NCBI RefSeq assembly: GCF_013004595.1
Contig: NZ_JABEMC010000001.1
Location: 496,001-560,000, forward strand
Length of the DNA: 64,000 nucleotides
Direction of reading: 5' to 3'
From: Brevibacterium luteolum
GTDB taxonomy: Bacteria > Actinomycetota > Actinomycetes > Actinomycetales > Brevibacteriaceae
Numbering within the stretch: position 1 is the stretch's first letter; each line of letters starts with the position of its first letter. Below are positions 42,079 through 52,887 of this stretch, in pieces. A program made the position numbers and the translations under genes. The notes below the pieces were generated by a model, which was given only the letters and a program-made list of their open reading frames with translations, was not told where the DNA came from and searched no databases.

Positions 42079-43956
42079 GTGGGATCTCACGCCCCGGCAC
42101 CGCAACCGGCCCGACAGGCCGTTCCGCAGCCGCCGACGCCGAGCCCGGCGCACCCCGCCCCGGCCAGGCGCAGCGACTATCACGAACCGGAGATGCTCAC
42201 CGGCGCACAAGCAGTCGTGCGCACCCTTGAGCGCCTGGGCGTCGACACGGTCTTCGGGCTTCCCGGCGGCACCATCCTGCCGACCTACGACCCGCTGCTC
42301 GACTCCGAGAAGATCAACCACGTGCTCGTCCGCCACGAGCAGGGCGCAGGGCATGCCGCCGAAGGCTACGCCGCGGCCACCGGGAAGGTCGGCGTGTGCA
42401 TGGCGACGTCCGGGCCCGGAGCGACGAACCTCGTGACCGCGATCGCCGATGCGCACATGGACTCCGTGCCGATCATGGCGATCACCGGCCAGCAGGCCTC
42501 GAACATGCTCGGCACCGACGCCTTCCAGGAAGCTGACATCGTCGGCATGACGATGCCGGTGACCAAGCACAGCTTCCTCGTCACCCGTGCCGAGGACATC
42601 CCGCAGGCGATCGTGTCTGCCTACCTCATCGCCTCCACCGGACGCCCCGGACCGGTCCTTGTCGACATCACCAAGGACGCCCAGGCCAGCACAGCACCCT
42701 ATGTCTGGCCGGAAGAGCCGCAGCTGCCGGGCTACCGCCCGGTGCTCAAGCCGCACGCCAAGCAGATCCGCGAGGCAGGCCGGCTCATCGCAGGCGCCCG
42801 CAGGCCGGTGTTCTACATCGGCGGCGGCGTCATCCGCTCCGGAGCCGAAGAGGAGCTGCTCGCCCTGGCCGAGGCGACGAAGATCCCGGTCGTCACCACC
42901 CTCATGGCGCGTGGGGCCTTCCCCGACACCCATGAGCAGCACCTCGGGATGCCGGGCATGCACGGCACCGTCGCCGCAGTCGCCTCCTTCCAGAAGGCCG
43001 ACCTGCTCATCGCCGTGGGCACCCGGTTCGACGACCGCGTCACCGGCGACCTGGGTTCCTTCGCCCCACGGGCGAAGATCATCCACGCTGACATCGACCC
43101 AGCCGAGATCGGCAAGAACCGGTTCGCCGATGTGCCGATCGTCGGAGACGCCGCCGAGGTGCTGCGCCAGCTGCACAGCGAGCTGCGCGAACAGCAGCCC
43201 GACGTGCTCGAAACCGGGTACGAAGCCTGGTGGAAGGTCCTCAACTCGTGGAAGAGCACTTACCCGCTGGGATACGAGCACAACAGCGAAGGGCTGTGCG
43301 ACCCCGAGTACGTCATCAAGCGGATCTCCGCGCTGACCGGCCCCGAGGGCATCTACTGCGCCGGTGTCGGCCAGCATCAGATGTGGGCCAGCCAGTTCGT
43401 CACCTACGACCGGCCCCGCTCATGGCTCAACTCCGGCGGCCTGGGCACCATGGGCTACGCCGTGCCGGCAGCCATGGGTGCCAAGGTCGGCGAACCCGAC
43501 CGGCAGGTGTGGGCGATCGATGGCGACGGCTGCTTCCAGATGACGAACCAGGAGCTGGCCACCTGCGTCATCAACAAGATCCCGATCAAGGTCGCGATCA
43601 TCAACAACTCCTCACTGGGCATGGTCCGGCAGTGGCAGACGCTGTTCTACGACGGCCGCTACTCCCACTCCGACCTCAACACCGGCCACAACACCGTGCG
43701 CGTGCCCGATTTCGTCAAGCTCGCTGAAGCCTACGGCGCCGTCGGCCTGCGGGTCGAACGCAACGACGACGTCGACGCCGCAATCGAGCAGGCACTCGAG
43801 GTCAACGACAGACCGGTCGTCATCGACTTCACCGTCCCACCCGATGCGATGGTGTGGCCGATGGTCGCCGCCGGTGTCAGCAACGATGAGATCCAGTACG
43901 CCCGCGATCTGCGCCCGGACTTCGGGGCAGAGGAAGAGGAGGAAGGTCAGGCATGA
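42079..43956 (+). CDS. ilvB: Acetolactate synthase large subunit
   Basis: [32 protein letters not shown] ThDP motif; AAAGGAG before GTG 42079. Confidence 0.97.
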   Translation: MGSHAPAPQPARQAVPQPPTPSPAHPAPARRSDYHEPEMLTGAQAVVRTLERLGVDTVFGLPGGTILPTYDPLLDSEKINHVLVRHEQGAGHAAEGYAAATGKVGVCMATSGPGATNLVTAIADAHMDSVPIMAITGQQASNMLGTDAFQEADIVGMTMPVTKHSFLVTRAEDIPQAIVSAYLIASTGRPGPVLVDITKDAQASTAPYVWPEEPQLPGYRPVLKPHAKQIREAGRLIAGARRPVFYIGGGVIRSGAEEELLALAEATKIPVVTTLMARGAFPDTHEQHLGMPGMHGTVAAVASFQKADLLIAVGTRFDDRVTGDLGSFAPRAKIIHADIDPAEIGKNRFADVPIVGDAAEVLRQLHSELREQQPDVLETGYEAWWKVLNSWKSTYPLGYEHNSEGLCDPEYVIKRISALTGPEGIYCAGVGQHQMWASQFVTYDRPRSWLNSGGLGTMGYAVPAAMGAKVGEPDRQVWAIDGDGCFQMTNQELATCVINKIPIKVAIINNSSLGMVRQWQTLFYDGRYSHSDLNTGHNTVRVPDFVKLAEAYGAVGLRVERNDDVDAAIEQALEVNDRPVVIDFTVPPDAMVWPMVAAGVSNDEIQYARDLRPDFGAEEEEEGQA

Positions 43957-44462
43957 GCCGTCACACCCTCTCTGTGCTCGTCGAGAACAAGCCGGGCGTC
44001 CTCACCCGCTTCACCGGCCTCATCGCCCGGCGCGGCTTCAACATCCACTCCCTGGCTGTCGGCACCACTGAACGCGAGGAGCTCTCGCGCATCACCGTCG
44101 TCGTCGACGTCGGCAGCGTCGCCCTCGAACAGGTGACCAAGCAGCTGAACAAGCTCGTCAACGTCATCAAAATCGTCGAGCTCGAACCCGAGGCCTCGGT
44201 CAGGCGCGCGCACATGATCTTCAAAGTCCGGGCCGACGCCGCCGCCCGGCCCCAGATCGCCAGTGCCGTCGAGATGTTCCGCGGGCACATCGTCGACGTC
44301 GGTCCCAACACCATCTGTGTCGAAGCCACCGGCGAACGCAGCAAGCTCGACGCGCTGCGCCAGGTGCTCGAACCCTTCGGCATCAAGGAGATCGTGCAAT
44401 CCGGCACGGTCGCCATCGGCCGCGGATCGAAGTCGATGACCGACCGGGCACCGCGCGTGTGA
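43953..44462 (+). CDS. ilvN: Acetolactate synthase small subunit
   Basis: [31 protein letters not shown] domain. Confidence 0.97.
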   Translation: MSRHTLSVLVENKPGVLTRFTGLIARRGFNIHSLAVGTTEREELSRITVVVDVGSVALEQVTKQLNKLVNVIKIVELEPEASVRRAHMIFKVRADAAARPQIASAVEMFRGHIVDVGPNTICVEATGERSKLDALRQVLEPFGIKEIVQSGTVAIGRGSKSMTDRAPRV

Positions 44463-44472
44463 GACCAGGCGC

Positions 44473-44505
44473 CCACCGCCTCGGGAACGGAACCACCGCC
44501 TCGGG
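44473..44505 (+). repeat. Two tandem CCACCGCCTCGGG copies (20-nt period)
   Basis: 44473-44485 and 44493-44505. Confidence 0.85.
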
Positions 44506-44650
44506 CGCGGAAGCACCACCAGACCAGCTGACAGAATCCGGACACCCACGCATCCGTCTCAGGTTCCGGCACTACTATTGAGACAAGACCCGGCGGCGGG
44601 CGATCCCGCCGCTGACCAGCACCACCAGACCCCTACACAAGGAGAATCCC

Positions 44651-45679
44651 ATGGCAGAGCGCTTCTACGACGACGATGCTGACCTGTCCGTCATCCAGGG
44701 CAAGAAGGTCGCCGTCATCGGCTTCGGTTCGCAGGGCCACGCCCACGCACTGAGCCTGCGCGACTCCGGCGTCGACGTGCGCATCGGCCTGTCCGAAGGC
44801 TCGAAGAGCCGTGACAAGGCCAGCGCGCAGGGACTCGAAGTCGGCACCCCGGCCGAGGTCGCGAAGTGGGCTGACGTCGTCGTCATCCTCACCCCCGACC
44901 AAGTGCAGGCCGACATCTACAACAGCGAGATCAAGGACCAGCTGAGCCCCGGCGACACGCTCGTCTTCGCCCACGGATTCAACATCCGCTTCGACTACAT
45001 CACCCCGCCTGAGGGTGTCGACGTCATCATGGTCGCCCCGAAGGGCCCAGGCCACGTCGTGCGCCGCGAGTTCGTCGACGGCCGCGGCGTGCCCGTGCTC
45101 GTCGCCGTGGAGAAGGACGAATCCGGCAAGGCCTGGGACACCGTGCTCTCCTACGCCAAGGGCCTCGGCGGCCTGCGCGCGGGTGCGATCAAGACGACGT
45201 TCACCGAGGAGACCGAAACCGATCTGTTCGGTGAGCAGACCGTGCTCTGCGGCGGTGTCTCCCACCTCGTGCAGTACGGCTTCGAGACCCTCACCGAGGC
45301 CGGCTACCAGCCCGAGATCGCCTACTTCGAGGTGCTGCACGAGCTCAAGCTCATCGTCGACCTCATGGTCGAAGGCGGCATCGCCAAGCAGCGCTGGTCG
45401 TGCTCGGACACCGCTGAGTACGGCGACTACGTCTCCGGCCCGCGGGTCATCACCCCGGAGGTCAAGGAGAACATGAAGGCCGTCCTCGCCGACATCCAGT
45501 CCGGTGCCTTCGCCCAGCGCTTCATGGACGACCAGAAGAACGGCGCCAAGGAGTTCAACGAGCTGCGCGCCAAGGAGGAGAAGCACCCGATCGAGTCAAC
45601 CGGCCGGGAGCTGCGCAAGATGTTCGCCTGGCTCAAGGACACCGACGACGACTACACCGAAGGCACCGCCGCCCGCTGA
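44651..45679 (+). CDS. ilvC: Ketol-acid reductoisomerase
   Basis: [34 protein letters not shown]. Confidence 0.98.
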   Translation: MAERFYDDDADLSVIQGKKVAVIGFGSQGHAHALSLRDSGVDVRIGLSEGSKSRDKASAQGLEVGTPAEVAKWADVVVILTPDQVQADIYNSEIKDQLSPGDTLVFAHGFNIRFDYITPPEGVDVIMVAPKGPGHVVRREFVDGRGVPVLVAVEKDESGKAWDTVLSYAKGLGGLRAGAIKTTFTEETETDLFGEQTVLCGGVSHLVQYGFETLTEAGYQPEIAYFEVLHELKLIVDLMVEGGIAKQRWSCSDTAEYGDYVSGPRVITPEVKENMKAVLADIQSGAFAQRFMDDQKNGAKEFNELRAKEEKHPIESTGRELRKMFAWLKDTDDDYTEGTAAR

Positions 45680-45740
45680 TCCAGCGGTGCTGTGCGAGCG
45701 GCTGAGGCTGGTGAAGGCCCCTGCCGGTTCCTGAGAGTCG

Positions 45741-45780
45741 ACAGCTGTGGCCCGGTCCGCATGGGCCGGGCCACAGCTGT
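45741..45780 (+). terminator. Long hairpin after ilvC
   Basis: acagctgtggcccggtcc-gcat-gggccgggccacagctgt. Confidence 0.7.
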
Positions 45781-45865
45781 GTCGCCGCGCCCGAGGTGGA
45801 GGCCGCGCCCGAGGTGGTAGCCGATTTTCGGATGCAGGGGTGCCAGGTTCGGCTAGTGTTGTGTC

Positions 45866-47155
45866 GTGACTAACTACCGTTTCGAAACCTTCGAGCCCGT
45901 CGTCGACGACAAGGGTGTGCCCGACGCGCAGACCGCGGCCTACCTGCAGATCGTCACCGCCGGGTTCCATGACCGCAAGCTCACTGACGAGGCACTGGTC
46001 AAGAAGGCCCGCCGCACGATCGCCGACAAGCGGGTGCTCACGGCCGTCTACGCCGACCAGAACCTGCCGTATGCCTATGAGCCGCACACCCCGGTGGCGA
46101 CGTTTGCGCACTTCGAGAAGAAGATGAACGTCGGCGGCGGCCGGCTCATCCCCACCCACCTCATCACCTGGGTGACGGTGCGCCCGACGCATCGCCGGCG
46201 CGGGCTGCTGCGCTCGCTCATGACCGCCAACCTCACCGAAGCGAAGGCCGCCGGCTACCCGTTGGCAGCGCTGACCGTGACCGAGGGCGGCATCTACACC
46301 CGTTTCGGGTTCGGCACCTCGACATGGATGTCGACTGTCGAGATCGACACCTCCCCGGGCTTCAAACTCGCCTGCGAACCCGACCGCCGCGTCGAGATGT
46401 GCCCGGCCTCGGTGCTGACCGAGCTCGCCCCTCAGATCTACGAGCGCTTCATGCAGCGCTCACCCGGTGCCATCGAGCGCCAGCAGGCCTATGTCGACAT
46501 GGCCTCGGGCACCGTCAACCCCGAGACCGGGGAAGAGGACCGCGATGTGCGTGCGGCCCTGCACTACGACGAGGACGGCAACCCCGACGGCTACGTCAGC
46601 TACAAGTTCATGGGCTGGAAGACCGACCCGCCGACCGTCGAGGTCATCGACCTCATCGCCGTCTCCGATGCCGCCTACTCGTCGCTGTGGGCCTTCGTCG
46701 CCGCCATCGACCTCGTCGACCGCGTCATCTACGACGAAGCCGCCCAGACCTCGCCGCTGCCGTGGCTGGTCGACAACCCGCGCCGGGTCAAGATCAAGGA
46801 CCAGCACGACGCCGTATGGCTGCGCGTCCTCGACGTCAAAAAGGCCCTCGAAGCCCGCCCGTGGCCGGTTGCCGGACAGCTGACGATCCGGGTGCGCGAT
46901 GACATGAACCTCGCCGACGGCACGTTCTCCATCACCGCCTCCGATGGATCTGCGACCGTCGAGGCGGTCTCGGCCTCGCATGCTGTCGACCTGGAGCTTG
47001 GCGTCGCCGAACTCGGCTCGATCTACCTCGGCGGTGCCGACCCGGTCATCCTCGCCCGGGCCGGCCGGATCACCGAGCACACCGAGGACGCCGCCGTGCG
47101 GGCCCGGGAGCTCTTCGCCCTCGAACGCGCCCCATACGGACCCAACGGATTCTGA
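45866..47155 (+). CDS. Eis-like GNAT acetyltransferase with SCP2-like C-terminus
   Basis: VTVRPTHRRRGLL, EGGIYTRFGFG, WLRVLDV..AL.AR, LGSIYLGG. Confidence 0.9.
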   Translation: MTNYRFETFEPVVDDKGVPDAQTAAYLQIVTAGFHDRKLTDEALVKKARRTIADKRVLTAVYADQNLPYAYEPHTPVATFAHFEKKMNVGGGRLIPTHLITWVTVRPTHRRRGLLRSLMTANLTEAKAAGYPLAALTVTEGGIYTRFGFGTSTWMSTVEIDTSPGFKLACEPDRRVEMCPASVLTELAPQIYERFMQRSPGAIERQQAYVDMASGTVNPETGEEDRDVRAALHYDEDGNPDGYVSYKFMGWKTDPPTVEVIDLIAVSDAAYSSLWAFVAAIDLVDRVIYDEAAQTSPLPWLVDNPRRVKIKDQHDAVWLRVLDVKKALEARPWPVAGQLTIRVRDDMNLADGTFSITASDGSATVEAVSASHAVDLELGVAELGSIYLGGADPVILARAGRITEHTEDAAVRARELFALERAPYGPNGF

Positions 47156-47169
47156 CCCGCCCGGCAAGG

Positions 47170-47232
47170 CAGGTGAGAACCGCCTCCGCGCTGGTGACCA
47201 CCGCCTCGGGCCAGGTGAGCCCCGCCTCGGGA
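47170..47232 (+). repeat. Three tandem 21-nt units containing the CCGCCTCGGG motif
   Basis: caggtgagaaccgcctccgcg / ctggtgaccaccgcctcgggc / caggtgagccccgcctcggga. Confidence 0.85.
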
Positions 47233-47252
47233 CCGGGAGCCGTTCTTATCAT

Positions 47253-47286
47253 GTGACCCCTTGCGAATGCCCTCGCAAGGGGTCAC
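47253..47286. promoter_or_regulatory. Perfect 14-bp inverted repeat upstream of serA (terminator or operator)
   Basis: gtgaccccttgcga-atgccc-tcgcaaggggtcac, immediately followed by TACGAT. Confidence 0.55.
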
Positions 47287-47394
47287 TACGATAGGAAGCG
47301 CACGCCGCCGGCCCTGCACGCACGCGGGCGCGGCTGCCTGACTCATCTGTAACATCGCGACGCTTACGAGCCGGCGCCGCTGCAAGGAGGAAAC

Positions 47395-48987
47395 GTGACC
47401 AAGCCTGTGGTGCTCATCGCCGAGAATCTGTCGCCTGCGACCATCGACGCCCTGGGACCCGATTTCGAGACGCGCCACTGCAACGGAGCCGACCGCAGCG
47501 AACTGCTGTCCGCCATCGCCGACGTCGACGCGATCCTCATTCGCTCGGCCACCCAGGTCGACGAGGAGGCCATCAGCGCCGCCGGTAAGCTCAAGATCAT
47601 CGCCCGTGCCGGCGTCGGCCTCGACAACGTCGACCTGCCCGCCGCCACCCGCGCCGGCGTCATGGTCGTCAACGCCCCGACCTCGAACATCACCTCCGCG
47701 GCCGAGCTGACGATGGCCCACATCCTCGCCTCCGCGCGCAACTTCGGCGCCGGGAACTCCTCGCTTAAGGCAGGGGAGTGGAAGCGCTCGAAGCTCACCG
47801 GCGTTGAACTGTACGAGAAGACCCTCGGCATCATCGGCCTCGGCCGGATCGGCGCGCTGGTCGCCGAACGCGCCCGCGCCTTCGGCATGAAACTCGTCGG
47901 CTACGACCCCTACATCACCCAGGCGCGCGCCGCGCAGATGGGCGTGACCGTCATGGAGCTCGACGAGCTGTTCGCCTGTTCCGACTTCATCACCGTGCAC
48001 ATGCCCAAGACCCCGGAGACCATCGGCATGATCGGCGCTGAGGCGTTCGAGAAGACCAAGCCGGGCGTGCGCATCGTCAACGTCGCCCGCGGTGGCATCG
48101 TCGACGAAGAGGCCCTCGCTGCGGCCGTCGCCGACGGCCGGGTCGCCGGCGCCGGCATCGACGTGTGGGCGACGGAGCCGCCGGAGCACTCCGCACTCAT
48201 GGAGCAGGACTGCGTCAACGTCACCCCCCACTTGGGCGCCTCGACTGTCGAGGCGCAGGAGAAGGCCGGTGTGGCCGTGGCCAAGTCGGTGCGCCTGGCG
48301 CTCTCCGGTGAGCTCGTGCCCGATGCCGTCAACGTCGCAGGCGGGGCCATCGATCCCGACGTGCGACCGGGCATCCCGCTCGTCGAGCGGCTCGGCCGCG
48401 TCACCTCCGCACTGGCCGACTCGTCGGTCACGCACCTGACTGTCAGCGTGCAGGGCGAGATCTCCTCCAAGGACGTCTCCGCGCTCAAGCTCGCCGCCCT
48501 CAAGGGCCTGTTCCGCGACGTCGTCTCCGTCCCGGTGTCCTACGTCAATGCTCCGATGCTCGCCGAGGAGCGCGGCGTGGGTGTCGAACTGCGCACCAGC
48601 GAGATCGTCGAGGGCTTCCGCAACGTCATCACCCTGACGGCTGCAACCTCGAACGGCTCCAGCGTCTCGGTCTCCGGCACCCTGACCGGGCCCAAACAGG
48701 TGCAGAAGCTCACCGGCATCAACGGGTTCGAGATGGAGATGCCGCTGGCTGATCACATGCTCATCTTCCAGTATGAGGACCGCCCGGGCATCATCGGCAT
48801 GTTCGGCCAGGCGCTCGGCCGCAACGACGTCAACATCGCCGGCATGCAGGTCTCGCCGAGCTCCACCGGCGACGAGGCGCTGGCCGTCATGTCCGTCGAC
48901 CGCGCGATCCCGACCGAGACCGTCAACGCGCTCGCCGGTGCTGTCGACGCCTCCCAGTTCACCGCCGTCTGCCTCGAAGAGGACTGA
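47395..48987 (+). CDS. serA: D-3-phosphoglycerate dehydrogenase
   Basis: RAGVGLDNVD, GLGRIG, TPHLGAST, C-terminal ACT (DRPGIIG). Confidence 0.97.
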   Translation: MTKPVVLIAENLSPATIDALGPDFETRHCNGADRSELLSAIADVDAILIRSATQVDEEAISAAGKLKIIARAGVGLDNVDLPAATRAGVMVVNAPTSNITSAAELTMAHILASARNFGAGNSSLKAGEWKRSKLTGVELYEKTLGIIGLGRIGALVAERARAFGMKLVGYDPYITQARAAQMGVTVMELDELFACSDFITVHMPKTPETIGMIGAEAFEKTKPGVRIVNVARGGIVDEEALAAAVADGRVAGAGIDVWATEPPEHSALMEQDCVNVTPHLGASTVEAQEKAGVAVAKSVRLALSGELVPDAVNVAGGAIDPDVRPGIPLVERLGRVTSALADSSVTHLTVSVQGEISSKDVSALKLAALKGLFRDVVSVPVSYVNAPMLAEERGVGVELRTSEIVEGFRNVITLTAATSNGSSVSVSGTLTGPKQVQKLTGINGFEMEMPLADHMLIFQYEDRPGIIGMFGQALGRNDVNIAGMQVSPSSTGDEALAVMSVDRAIPTETVNALAGAVDASQFTAVCLEED

Positions 48988-49240
48988 CACCCGGCCGGCC
49001 GGTCACCGGCTGTCGGGCACCTGCGGCAGGACGCCTCGGGGACGGATCTCGACCGTGCCCGAGGCACACTGCCGTTGTGTGGGGTGCGGCACCGCGGTGC
49101 CGGGGAGCGGGAGTGAGGAGTCTGAGGCCTCGAATTCGCCTCCGCCGGGCAGCGGGGCGCCCTCGCGTTTGGTGCGTCCGAAGATCGCCTCCTGGCTCGA
49201 CGGCGGCTCGGCGGCTGCGGCCGGCCTGTCGTCGGGGTGA

Positions 49241-50092
49241 TCAGGCGTTCCAGAGGCCGTAGGAATCGGCCAGCTGAGCGATCTTCTTCGCGCGTGCCAG
49301 ACGGGGCAAGTAGGAGCCGTCGACGATGTCGTCGGTGCTTTCGGCCTCGGCGAGCATATTGCGCGCCCATGCGCGGTCGTCCTCGCTCGGGGCCAGGGCG
49401 GTGTTGAGTGTCTGGATCTGGTCGGTGTCGATGACGAGCTTGCCGGTCATGCCCATCTTCATCGTCCACAAGCAGTCCTCAGTCACCCGGCCGATGTCGG
49501 CACCGACCGGGCTCGGTCCGTCGATCGCGCCGGGCAGCCCGCCCACGCGGGTGGCGACCACGAGACGGGAGCGTGCATAGGCCAAGGCGATCGGGTCATC
49601 GGCGACACCGGTGTCCTTGCGGAAGTCATTGGTGCCCAGCGCCAGCCGGAAGGTGCCCGGCGCCTCGGCGATGCGGGTGGCGTTCTCGATCCCGCGAGCG
49701 GTCTCGATGAGTGCGAGCACCGGCACGCCGGCACCGGCGCGCATGGCGGTGTAGGTGACCTGTTCAGGGCGTTCGGTGTTGGGCAGTATGACGCCGCGCA
49801 GGCCCGGGGTGCCGTTGAGGGCGGCGAGGTCGTCCTCCCACTCCTGGGTGCCCATCGAGTTGACACGCACCCAGCCGCCCATGCCGTTGTCCAGCGCGGC
49901 GACGACGTTGTCGCGGGCCAGGCCCTTCTTGTCGGCAGGGACGGCGGCTTCCATGTCATAGATGAGTGAATCGGCTTCCGAGGTCTGCGCGGCTTCGAAG
50001 GTCTCCTTCTTGGCGGCATTGATGAGCAGCCAGGAGCGGCTGAGCTTGGCGGGAAGGGACGCGGCGCGCGTGTTGCGCAGAGAGTGAGCCAT
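49241..50092 (-). CDS. HpcH/HpaI aldolase / citrate lyase beta (CitE) family protein
   Basis: RSWLL, DMEAAV, WVRVN, LIETARG, GAIDGP, GMTGKL. Confidence 0.85.
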   Translation of the reverse strand: MAHSLRNTRAASLPAKLSRSWLLINAAKKETFEAAQTSEADSLIYDMEAAVPADKKGLARDNVVAALDNGMGGWVRVNSMGTQEWEDDLAALNGTPGLRGVILPNTERPEQVTYTAMRAGAGVPVLALIETARGIENATRIAEAPGTFRLALGTNDFRKDTGVADDPIALAYARSRLVVATRVGGLPGAIDGPSPVGADIGRVTEDCLWTMKMGMTGKLVIDTDQIQTLNTALAPSEDDRAWARNMLAEAESTDDIVDGSYLPRLARAKKIAQLADSYGLWNA

Positions 50093-50223
50093 GCAGGTGA
50101 GTCTACGGAGCAAATGCGCGGCGGTCACTTCCCCAGCGCACCGTGTTCAGGATGCAAGACGGCAAGTCGTCATATGAGACGCGTTCATAGGGTGGCAGTG
50201 AGCTACCGCGAGGAAGGATCCCC

Positions 50224-51267
50224 ATGACGACGCACAAGATCGCAGTGATGCCCGGTGACGGAATCGGCACCGAAGTCGTGCCCGAGGGCCTCAAGGTCCT
50301 CAACCGGGCGATCGAGGCCGCCGGCGAGCCCGTCACCCTCGACACCACCACCTTCGAGGCATCGGCCCGCCGCTGGCACGAGACCGGTGAGACGCTGACC
50401 GATGACGAGCTCGCCCAGCTGCGCGACTACGACGCGATCTACTTCGGCGCCTGCGGCGACCCATCGGTGCCTTCCGGTGTGCTCGAGCGCGGCATCATCC
50501 TCAAGATGCGCTTCGGCCTTGAACACGCCGTCAACCTGCGGCCCTCGAAGTTCTACGCCGGAGCCCGATCGCCGCTGGCCGAGCCCGGCGACATCGACTT
50601 CCTCGTCGTGCGCGAGGGCACTGAGGGCTCCTACACCGGCCAGGGCGGCAACCTGCGCCAGGACACTGTTCACGAAGTCGCCACCGAAGTCTCGGTCAAC
50701 ACCTGGTACGGCGTCGAGCGCACCGTGCGCTTCGCATTCGCCAAGGCCCAGGCCAGGAACAAGAAGCTCACTTACGTCCACAAGCACAATGTCATGGTCC
50801 ACGCCGGGCACCTGTGGCGCCGGGTCGTCGAGCACGTCGCCGCCGAGTACCCCGAGGTGTCCGTCAACTACGAGCACACCGATGCGTGCACCATCTACAT
50901 GGTCACCGACCCGGGCCGCTACGACGTCATCGTCACCGACAACCTCTTCGGCGACATCCTCACCGACCTCGCCGCGGCCGTCACCGGCGGCATCGGCCTG
51001 GCCGCCTCCGGTAACCTCAACGTCGAAGGCACCGCCCCGAGTCTGTTCGAGCCGATCCACGGCTCGGCCCCGGATATCGCCGGGCAGGGCATCGCCGACC
51101 CGACCGCCGCAATCCTCTCCGCAGCCCTCATGGCCGAGACCCTCGGCATGGAGGTCGTGGCGAAGTCCATCCAGACCGCCGTCGAAGCCGATCTCGCCGA
51201 ACGCGGCGTGGCCAAGCGGACAACGGCAGAGGTCGGCGACGCGATCGCCGCCCGGATCGGCGGCTGA
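50224..51267 (+). CDS. leuB: 3-isopropylmalate dehydrogenase
   Basis: [40 protein letters not shown]. Confidence 0.96.
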   Translation: MTTHKIAVMPGDGIGTEVVPEGLKVLNRAIEAAGEPVTLDTTTFEASARRWHETGETLTDDELAQLRDYDAIYFGACGDPSVPSGVLERGIILKMRFGLEHAVNLRPSKFYAGARSPLAEPGDIDFLVVREGTEGSYTGQGGNLRQDTVHEVATEVSVNTWYGVERTVRFAFAKAQARNKKLTYVHKHNVMVHAGHLWRRVVEHVAAEYPEVSVNYEHTDACTIYMVTDPGRYDVIVTDNLFGDILTDLAAAVTGGIGLAASGNLNVEGTAPSLFEPIHGSAPDIAGQGIADPTAAILSAALMAETLGMEVVAKSIQTAVEADLAERGVAKRTTAEVGDAIAARIGG

Positions 51268-51377
51268 GACCCAGCCACCGCCTCGGGCACGGGGCGATGC
51301 CATAACCTAGGAGACGAGGCGCTACAGTGTGCCTCATCCCATACGACGTTGAGCACCAGACGAATCGGAAAGCGACG

Positions 51378-52475
51378 ATGACTGAATTTCAGGTTCTGAA
51401 GAATATGCAGCCGGCTCCGGAGCTGGTGCGAGAGGCGATCAAGGAGAAGCCTGGCTTCGGCGAGCACTTCACCGACCACCTGTCGCACATCCGCTTCACG
51501 CGCGCCCAGGGCTGGCACGCCCACACCGTCAAGCCCTACGGCCCGATCATCCTCGATCCGGCTGCGGCGGTCTTGCACTATGCGCAGGAGATCTTCGAGG
51601 GTCTCAAGGCCTACCGGCACGCCGACGGTTCGATCTGGACGTTCCGCCCGCAGCTCAACGCCGCCCGCCTCGCCCGCTCCGCCGAGCGGATCGCCCTGCC
51701 GCAGCTGAGCGAGGAGGACTTCCTCGCCTCGCTGTCCGAGCTCGTTGCGGTGGATGCCGCCTGGGCGTCGGCGCCGAAGAACGATCTCGATGAGGTGTCG
51801 CTGTATCTGCGGCCGTTCATGATCGCCTCCGAGCGATTCCTCGGCGTGCGCTCCAGCCACGAGGTCGACTACTACGTCATCGCCTCTCCTGCCGGCCCGT
51901 ACTTCCCCGGCGGCATCAAGCCGGTGTCGATCTGGCTGTCGCGCACCCTCAAGCGCGCCAGCGCCGGAGGCACCGGATTCGCCAAGTGCGGCGGCAACTA
52001 CGCCGCCTCGCTGGCTGCCGGTGACGAGGCCGCGGCCAACGGCTGCCAGCAGGTGCTGTTCACCGACGCGGCCGAGGGCAAGTACCTCGAAGAGCTCGGC
52101 GGCATGAATCTCATGCTCGTCACCAGCGACAACACCCTTATCACCCCGGAGCTCGGCGACTCGATCCTCGACGGCGTCACCCGCCGGTCGGTGCTCGAAC
52201 TCGCACCCCAGCTGGGGCTCCGTGTCGAAGAGCGCAAGATCGAAGTGGCCGAATGGCGCGAGCGCCACGCCGCCGGTGAGATCGTTGAGGCGTTCGCCTG
52301 CGGCACCGCTGCCGTCGTCACCCCGATCGGCAAGCTCGTCTCCGATGACTTCACCATCGACCACGGTGAGGAGCCCGGCGAGATCACTATGTCTCTGCGC
52401 AAAACGCTGCTCGACATCCAGTACGGCCGCGCCGAGGACACCAACGGCTGGCTGTACAAGCTCGCCGACGGCTGA
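51378..52475 (+). CDS. ilvE: Branched-chain amino acid aminotransferase
   Basis: LHYAQEIFEGLKAY, LYLRPF, AKCGGNY, EELGGMN, GTAAV. Confidence 0.97.
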   Translation: MTEFQVLKNMQPAPELVREAIKEKPGFGEHFTDHLSHIRFTRAQGWHAHTVKPYGPIILDPAAAVLHYAQEIFEGLKAYRHADGSIWTFRPQLNAARLARSAERIALPQLSEEDFLASLSELVAVDAAWASAPKNDLDEVSLYLRPFMIASERFLGVRSSHEVDYYVIASPAGPYFPGGIKPVSIWLSRTLKRASAGGTGFAKCGGNYAASLAAGDEAAANGCQQVLFTDAAEGKYLEELGGMNLMLVTSDNTLITPELGDSILDGVTRRSVLELAPQLGLRVEERKIEVAEWRERHAAGEIVEAFACGTAAVVTPIGKLVSDDFTIDHGEEPGEITMSLRKTLLDIQYGRAEDTNGWLYKLADG

Positions 52476-52530
52476 GCCGAGGTCTCGCTGGTCAGGCTCG
52501 TGGAGTCGAGGCTGGTGTCTGGCTTTAAGG

Positions 52531-52670
52531 GCCGTCCCTGTTCATGGTGAGTCGTCCCGGGTGACGGCGAGGAATCTCTGCTGATGGCGTGCGGCCCTTG
52601 GTGACAGTGGGGCCGTGCTAGGTGATGGCGAGCGGTCCCCGATGACCGGACGCGGTCCCTGATGAAATTC
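52531..52670. repeat. Degenerate ~20-nt tandem repeat, about 7 copies
   Basis: Units start at 52531, 52551, 52571, 52591, 52612, 52632, 52652; consensus roughly GCSGTCCCTGGTGAYGGCGA. Confidence 0.7.
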
Positions 52671-52719
52671 AGTAAAGCTATTCATGTTCTCGAGGCCCTA
52701 AACCATGAATAGCTTTACT
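52671..52719. repeat. AT-rich perfect 16-bp inverted repeat with 17-nt spacer
   Basis: agtaaagctattcatg ... catgaatagctttact. Confidence 0.9.
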
Positions 52720-52887
52720 AACTTTTCGGTCGAGCCCGCCGCGTGGCAGCTGCGGCTGGGTCCCGGGCCTCATTCGGGCCCAGCTCTCACTCCACCCGCC
52801 ACCCCACCCTGCCCCTCGCCCACCTCCCCTCCACCTCGCTCACCTCTCCTTTTGCTCAGACATGTGCAAAAGAGTACGATGCGCCTC

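Noticed and set aside
45866..47155. Eis-like gene as a proven aminoglycoside-resistance determinant
   Set aside because: Family membership alone does not establish substrate; homologs are common in actinobacteria.
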